A DNA stretch of 38,683 nt from a virus (taxonomy: Duplodnaviria > Caudoviricetes): the IMG/VR virus record IMGVR_UViG_3300026299_000007, positions 1 through 38,683 of that record. One strand, written 5' to 3'. Each line of letters starts with the position of its first letter. The first letter of the stretch is position 1. A program made the position numbers and the translations under genes. Below are positions 33,717 through 38,683 of this stretch, piece after piece. The notes under the pieces were generated by a model. That model made no database searches. It saw only the letters and a list, made by a program, of their open reading frames with translations, and had not been told where the DNA came from.

Positions 33717-36026
33717 TCAGCGGGCGCCCGTTTCTTTTCTGGCCTTGGCGAGGTTGGCCTCGGCGCGAAATATCGGGGTTGTCGGGAAACCGACGTAAAA
33801 GCGGCGCTGCCAGGCTTCGCCGAGGACTTCCACGTCGCCGCCGTGCGCTTTCACCAGGGCGTCGTACTGTCCCCACAGCTCGTATTTCTCGCGGTTCGTC
33901 ATGCCGGCGAGTGGTGTCGCGTGCGCTTCGGCGCTGGGCAGGGCGGCGACGTTGGTCGGGGCTTCGGCCATGGCCTTGGCGGCGAGTGCGGAAAGCTGGG
34001 CGGCGCGGCTGGAGGGCTGCGGGCCGTCCAGAACTTGCCGAGCTTCGGCGGCTTGGTCGAGGCCGTGGCTGGTGTGCGTGCGGGTCTTGGCGCCGAAGCC
34101 ACCAATCACCAGCTTGCCGGCAGCGGCGGCCTGGTCGGCGAGGTGACGGGCGAGCAGCTCTTCGGTGGAGATCAGGCCCTTGCGGTCGGCTCGGGCGGCC
34201 TTGCGGCCGGCGGCGTTGCGTTCGGCCTGGACGATACGGGCGGTGGCGGCGATGGCCTGACGGTCGGCGCCGGTGCGCTCGGGGGCTTCGGCGATGCACA
34301 GGAAGTTCTTGCGCCAATAGACGACGACGCGGCCGAGATCGGTGGTCTCGTAGATGTCGAGCACGCTGCCGACGTCGATACGTGCCAGCTCGGGGGCGAT
34401 GAACCAGGTGCCGTCGAGGGCAATGCCCTTCTTCTGTAGGGTGCGCTGACCGCTGCCGGCGGGCTTGGCGAGCAGGATATCGAGGCTGCGTTCGTCGGCG
34501 ATGCGCGCCACGTCGCCCTGCCAGGAAGCGGCCTTGGCAAAGGGGCTGCAGCCGAGCGCGCCGTGCGGGCGCTGCTCGTAGATGCCGGCGATCCAGGTGT
34601 TGATGGTGGTCTGCAGCTGCTCGCCGGAGAAGGCGCCCTCGCAGACGGCCGAGAAGTCGGCCAGCTCGCCGCGCTTGGCCAGCCGGTCGGCGAACGAGCG
34701 GCGCGCTTCGATGGCCTTGCGGTCGGCGACGCTGTGCCCGGCAAAGTTGGGCAGGAGCTCCAGGATGGAGTGGTTGAGGGTGCCGATGACGCGCTCGACG
34801 TGCGGCTTTTCTTCGGGGCTGAAGGGGTGGGTGGTGAGGTGCTCGATCGACAGCGCCCGCAGCACCTGCTTGAAGTGGTGCGACTGGTAGTCCTGGCCGT
34901 TGTCTGTGACGATCTCCTTGGGCACGCCCCAGAGGAGTAGCGCCAGGCGGATGGCGTGGCAGTGGGTCTGGGTCTTGGGAGTGCGCGCGACGACGACGAG
35001 CATGCGCCGGCTCCAGACGTCAATAATCACGCTGACGGTGTAGCGGCGCTTCTTGCCGTCGGTATCGAGCAGCAGCCAGTCGGCCGGCGTGGCGTCCATT
35101 TCCCAGCGGCCGTTCAGTGCGGTGACGTCCTCGGAGAGGCTGCCGAAGGCGAGCAGGCAGCTGTTCTTCCAGGCGTCGGGGTTGGTGGCCTGCAGGTAGA
35201 GTTCGCGGTTCTGCTCGATCCACGTCTGCTGGTAGCGACGCACCTGGTCGTAGCTCGGCGCGGTGAAAAGTTGCTCGCCGGTTTCACGGTCGATTGACGC
35301 GGTTTTGAGTAGGACGTGGAGCTGGCCGGTGCGGATGCCGGGGCGGTCGATCAAGAGCTTGCGGGCGGCGGCGGCGAGCAGCGGCACGGCGGAAAAGTAG
35401 GTCTTGCCGCGCAGCGCGCAGCCGTTGCGGCGATCGACCAGCACGCCGATGTTCTCGGCCTGGTGAGCGAGCACCCAGCGCTGCACGGAGCGCGGCGAGA
35501 TCACCTCGTATGCCGCGCGCACGGCCTTCGATATCGGCACTTCCTGGGCGTTGTAGGCGTTGGCATAAGGCACCCAGCTGGCGGACTTGCGCAGCGGCTG
35601 CGCCTTGTGGAACCACACCGTCCAGCTCTCGGCAATCTCGCAGTGCGCGGCCATCGACAGGGACTCGTGCGCGGACAGTCCGCCGGCCAGGTCGCGCAGG
35701 ATGGCTTCGCCCTTCTGCCGGCGCTCAGCCTCGGCGGCCAGCTCGGCACACTCGAACTCGGCGAGCATGGTGGTCAGGGCGCGCATGCGGGCGCCTTTCT
35801 GCGCCTCTTGCGACACTTTGCGGTGGTTGGCGAGGGCCTTGGCGACGTCTTCGGGGAGGGTGGCCAGGGGGTAGAGGCGCTGGCGACCGCCGCGGATGCA
35901 GGCCTCTTCAAAGGGCCAGCCGTCCTTCTCGCTGCGCCGTAAAACACTGGTGCGATGCAGGCGCAGCGCGGCGGAAATGTCGGCCATGGTGATGGCCTCG
36001 GCGGCCAGGGGGAGCGGGGCATTCAT
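33717..36026 (-). CDS. MuA: MuA-like DDE transposase
   Basis: N-terminal Mu HTH (..GWPF...GGR.RLY....LP); DDE residues in WEMDAT, VTDNGQDY and KPHVER. Confidence 0.95.
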   Translation of the reverse strand: MNAPLPLAAEAITMADISAALRLHRTSVLRRSEKDGWPFEEACIRGGRQRLYPLATLPEDVAKALANHRKVSQEAQKGARMRALTTMLAEFECAELAAEAERRQKGEAILRDLAGGLSAHESLSMAAHCEIAESWTVWFHKAQPLRKSASWVPYANAYNAQEVPISKAVRAAYEVISPRSVQRWVLAHQAENIGVLVDRRNGCALRGKTYFSAVPLLAAAARKLLIDRPGIRTGQLHVLLKTASIDRETGEQLFTAPSYDQVRRYQQTWIEQNRELYLQATNPDAWKNSCLLAFGSLSEDVTALNGRWEMDATPADWLLLDTDGKKRRYTVSVIIDVWSRRMLVVVARTPKTQTHCHAIRLALLLWGVPKEIVTDNGQDYQSHHFKQVLRALSIEHLTTHPFSPEEKPHVERVIGTLNHSILELLPNFAGHSVADRKAIEARRSFADRLAKRGELADFSAVCEGAFSGEQLQTTINTWIAGIYEQRPHGALGCSPFAKAASWQGDVARIADERSLDILLAKPAGSGQRTLQKKGIALDGTWFIAPELARIDVGSVLDIYETTDLGRVVVYWRKNFLCIAEAPERTGADRQAIAATARIVQAERNAAGRKAARADRKGLISTEELLARHLADQAAAAGKLVIGGFGAKTRTHTSHGLDQAAEARQVLDGPQPSSRAAQLSALAAKAMAEAPTNVAALPSAEAHATPLAGMTNREKYELWGQYDALVKAHGGDVEVLGEAWQRRFYVGFPTTPIFRAEANLAKARKETGAR

Positions 36027-36124
36027 GACCGTGCTCCTGCTGGGGTGAGGGGCCAGCCAGCGGCGTTAAACTGAGCACGCAGGCTCGCAATCTGCATGTC
36101 AATCAACTTCACTGGAGACCCCTC

Positions 36125-36373
36125 ATGGATGAAACCGAACTGAGATTTATGGCTGCTGTTCAACGTGAAGCCCATCACACCCTGCTCTACTGCCTCATCA
36201 CGGAGGTTTGCGAGGCCAACGGCCCCGCTTTCTCTGATCGGTTTGCAAGCAAGGTGCGCATTGCCTCGATGAAGTACAGAAATGAAGAGAGTCACGAGGT
36301 TGGCGATCATTTGGATTGGTTTATGGGCAGCGTCGCGGAGTGGCTCACTGGGGAAACTGGAAACGATTCGTAG
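36125..36373 (+). CDS. Counter-oriented small hypothetical protein within the early operon
   Basis: 82 aa, GGAGA RBS, lower GC than flanks, protein-like composition. Confidence 0.55.
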   Translation: MDETELRFMAAVQREAHHTLLYCLITEVCEANGPAFSDRFASKVRIASMKYRNEESHEVGDHLDWFMGSVAEWLTGETGNDS

Positions 36374-36708
36374 AACCGCTTCGCAGCGCCTTCCAGTTCT
36401 TCCACCTTGGCGGCATGGAGCCGAAGCCCCTCGCTGGACAAGGCGGCCATGCGACCAGCCCACGAGACAAGCGCCTCGTGCGGCATCCGGGCGCGGTGCT
36501 CCCGCAGGATCGCCCGCCCCTCATCAACGCCCGCCAGGTAGGCGTCACATTTGGCGCTTCCAGCCCTGAACGGGCACGCCGACTTGACGCCATCCAGCTT
36601 CAACCGCAGGTAGTTGATGCACCCGAGCTGGTAGGGGCCGCTGCGCGGCTGGCGGACCGCCGAGAAGGCCTCGGCGAACAGCGCCTGTGCGATATCCTTG
36701 GTGCTCAT
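36307..36708 (-). CDS. Hypothetical early protein
   Basis: MSTKDIAQALF start with GGAGG RBS; RS..Y..G and CPF..GSA..DAY.AG..EG motifs. Confidence 0.65.
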   Translation of the reverse strand: MSTKDIAQALFAEAFSAVRQPRSGPYQLGCINYLRLKLDGVKSACPFRAGSAKCDAYLAGVDEGRAILREHRARMPHEALVSWAGRMAALSSEGLRLHAAKVEELEGAAKRFYESFPVSPVSHSATLPINQSK

Positions 36709-37142
36709 TGCATCCCTCCAATCACGTTCTTGAGCTGCCGGATGCGCCGGCCGGCGTCTTCCTTCATGCGCTCCAGCTTGCCGATTTCGGCGTCCAGAAC
36801 GTCCTTGCCGACCAGCACCCGGCAGCCGCGCAAATCGGCCATCCAGGCGGTCAGTTCGCGCGTCTCGGTAGCCACCTCGAAGGCCGGCAGATATTCCAAT
36901 GGAAAGCGCCATCCTTCGCGGCTGTCGGCCGTCCAGGAGTCCAGGCTGTGGTCGGTTATTTTCTTGCCGGTGAGCAGGCTCATCTGCTCGGCGATCTCGG
37001 CCCGCGAGTGCGGCGCGCGCTTGATCAGATCGGCCAGTACGTGCCGGATCGTGTCACCACAGTCCAGCGCTCCGGGGGTCGGATTGAGCTCCACGGGGAC
37101 CTCGAACAGGTCACGGGTCAGCACGTCCAATTGAGTTTTCAT
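36705..37142 (-). CDS. Putative DNA-binding early regulator
   Basis: SRAEIAEQMS.L.G..IT...LD.WTA.SR motif; AAGGAG RBS; follows ner. Confidence 0.7.
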   Translation of the reverse strand: MKTQLDVLTRDLFEVPVELNPTPGALDCGDTIRHVLADLIKRAPHSRAEIAEQMSLLTGKKITDHSLDSWTADSREGWRFPLEYLPAFEVATETRELTAWMADLRGCRVLVGKDVLDAEIGKLERMKEDAGRRIRQLKNVIGGMQ

Positions 37143-37174
37143 GTCAACTCCTTCGTGCGGTTTCTGGCATTGTG

Positions 37175-37477
37175 TTAACAATGGGAACCGCTAGAATGAA
37201 GCACGTGAGCCCCCCGAATGCCGCGCCCTTTTGGCGTGCCGTCGGGGTGGTAGCGGGCCGCGAACATCTCCTGAACAGGGATGCCCACGGCATCGGCCAG
37301 CCGCTTCTCACTGGCCGGGTAGGAATGCGCCATCGCCTTTGAAAGCGTCGTCGGACTGGTCAGTCCGTGCTGCTTGGCGAGGGCGCGAAGGGTGATGCCG
37401 CGCTTGTGCAAGGCGGCCACGATATCGGCCGGGTGCCAGTCCTCGGGACCGGTCTTTTTTTGGGCTGTTTTTGTCAT
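37175..37477 (-). CDS. ner: Ner-like transcriptional regulator
   Basis: DWHPADIVAAL.KRG.TL..LA...GL...TL signature; divergent from the repressor. Confidence 0.92.
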   Translation of the reverse strand: MTKTAQKKTGPEDWHPADIVAALHKRGITLRALAKQHGLTSPTTLSKAMAHSYPASEKRLADAVGIPVQEMFAARYHPDGTPKGRGIRGAHVLHSSGSHC

Positions 37478-37485
37478 CTGGTAGC

Positions 37486-37655
37486 GATGCCGTGTGATGT
37501 ATGAGTGGGAGACATTACACGGCATCGGATGTGTTGTCAAGCGCTTTGGCCGTGCACATCTTGGCCGTTTGGATGTTTTTGGGATGTTTGGCTGTTTTCG
37601 CTGCTGGATCAAGGCTTTAGGAAAGATGTGCACGAGCAGGCCGTGCACATCTTGG
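37486..37655. promoter_or_regulatory. Lysis-lysogeny switch: early promoter and operators
   Basis: - strand TTGACA (37535-40)-N17-TAATGT. A 15-bp inverted repeat (14/15) at 37486-37500/37512-37526. GGCCGTGCACATCTTGG direct repeat at 37548 and 37639. Perfect 12-bp inverted repeat at 37623-37634/37642-37653. Confidence 0.78.
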
Positions 37656-37679
37656 TGCACAGCATTAGGAATTGCTTAT

Positions 37680-38102
37680 ATGGACGGTTTGAACACGCGT
37701 TTGAAGGCTTGGCGGGCCGCTAAAGAGCTGTCGCAGGACGCTGCAGCCTTGGTGTTGGGGTTGCCAGTTAGCTCGTATCAGAGGTATGAGCTGGGGACGC
37801 GCGGCCCTAGTACGGACGCCATGGAGGCATTCGTGCTGGCTGGCATCAACGCCAATTGGCTGCTAACTGGCCACGGCCCGATGCTGCTCGCCGACCTGGC
37901 GGACGCGACCAGGGGGCCGGATATCCTCGACCGCGAGCGCATGGATCTGGCGCTCGCGACCATTGAACGCGGCCTGGCCAAGGCCAACGCAGAGATTGCA
38001 CCGGAGAAGAAAGGGAGGTTGCTACTGGCGATTTACGACTATCTGGAAGAGGAGGGCGTCACCGAGAACACGGTGGCAAACATCATCAGACTGGCCGCAT
38101 AG
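37680..38102 (+). CDS. Immunity repressor (XRE/Cro-CI HTH)
   Basis: RLKAWR....LSQ..AA..LG....SYQRYE.G.R.P and INANWLLTG.G.M motifs; no peptidase domain; start uncertain (37626 possible). Confidence 0.88.
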   Translation: MDGLNTRLKAWRAAKELSQDAAALVLGLPVSSYQRYELGTRGPSTDAMEAFVLAGINANWLLTGHGPMLLADLADATRGPDILDRERMDLALATIERGLAKANAEIAPEKKGRLLLAIYDYLEEEGVTENTVANIIRLAA

Positions 38103-38125
38103 GGCCGTGTTTACAGGGCTTTCCA

Positions 38126-38683
38126 ATGAAACAACAAGAAAAGGCCGTAGAGGTCGAAGACATCATCAAGGATATTGCAGCACCAAAGACGCATCCAGGT
38201 GACCCGCCCAGGCCGGCCAGCGTCGTGGTCATCAATGGCGGCATCCATAACCACAACGTCACCATCAACCACGCCCCGCGCCTCGACGCCATGCGCCGCT
38301 TTATCGCCGAGCTGACCGGCGCCCTTCCCGCCCCGATCAGCCACCGCCACCACCCGACCAGGTCGCCCACCAGGTCGAACCGCAGCCTCGCCACCCGGCA
38401 CCGCCCCCGCCCCACCGCTCCCACTGGTCGCCCGCACTCAACCCGCTCTGCAGCGACTGCTCGCTGCCGCTGCTCCTGGGTGCATTTGTGCCAACTATCG
38501 CCCCACAAATGCCCGCCCCGCGTTAAGTCCCGCCCATTTCCGCAGTATTTTGTGCCAAACGCAAAAAGGGCCGGAATTTGCAGTCCTTCGCCGCAAACCC
38601 AGCCCCCGCAAGCCTTCCAGCCGTTCGGCCAGCCCGCCCAGCCCCGTCAGCTCTGTGCCAACTGCCCCACACCCTCACACTGA
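38126..38683 (+). CDS. Hypothetical ORF downstream of the repressor; only the N-terminal part looks protein-like
   Basis: The first ~65 codons are plausible. The rest is low-complexity and crosses the end repeats, and the stop lies outside the phage terminus. Confidence 0.3.
   Translation: MKQQEKAVEVEDIIKDIAAPKTHPGDPPRPASVVVINGGIHNHNVTINHAPRLDAMRRFIAELTGALPAPISHRHHPTRSPTRSNRSLATRHRPRPTAPTGRPHSTRSAATARCRCSWVHLCQLSPHKCPPRVKSRPFPQYFVPNAKRAGICSPSPQTQPPQAFQPFGQPAQPRQLCANCPTPSH
38485..38679 (-). repeat. Repressor-side terminus: three TGTGCCAA transposase-binding repeats plus terminal CA
   Basis: TTTGTGCCAACTA 38485-97, TTTGTGCCAA 38549-58 and TGTGCCAACT 38654-63, all inverted relative to 138-172. 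Confidence 0.85.

Larger units (their letters stand above)
123..38679 (-). mobile_element. Complete Mu-like transposable prophage/phage genome (non-contractile tail) carrying a DGR
   Basis: Both ends read 5'-TGT-N13-AGTTGGCACA inward with identical spacing (123: TGTAAAGCGCGGCGCTAGTTGGCACA; reverse complement from 38679: TGTGAGGGTGTGGGGCAGTTGGCACA). Contains MuA, MuB, Ner, Mor, and Mu-type portal, F, G, I and T genes. Confidence 0.93.

Overview
This window holds an apparently complete, GC-rich Mu-like transposable (pro)phage of about 38.6 kb. Its termini are TG at 123 and CA at 38679, marked by inverted AGTTGGCACA transposase-binding repeats. Most genes are on the - strand. From right to left the order is: repressor/ner switch, MuA transposase, MuB ATPase, early accessory genes (GemA, DUF3164, HU), a degenerate lysozyme, Mor/C activator, a P1-type c4 antisense RNA/antirepressor cassette, TraR/DksA, terminase, Mu-type portal/F/G, a moron island (lipoprotein plus a second antisense-RNA-gated operon), protease I/Z, capsid, then a non-contractile tail with an RcGTA-like tip. 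The main find is an intact diversity-generating retroelement (target gene with VR, avd, TR, reverse transcriptase, downstream accessory gene). It sits inside the HEAD operon, between the gp35-like and gp36-like genes, not next to tail fibres. TR and VR align over 115 nt with 9 mismatches, all at TR adenines. Other oddities are a hydrophobic N-terminal extension on the major capsid protein, loss of all three catalytic residues in the only lysozyme, and no recognisable holin or spanin. Family names come from motif recognition and gene order, not database searches. A betaproteobacterial host is only a guess.
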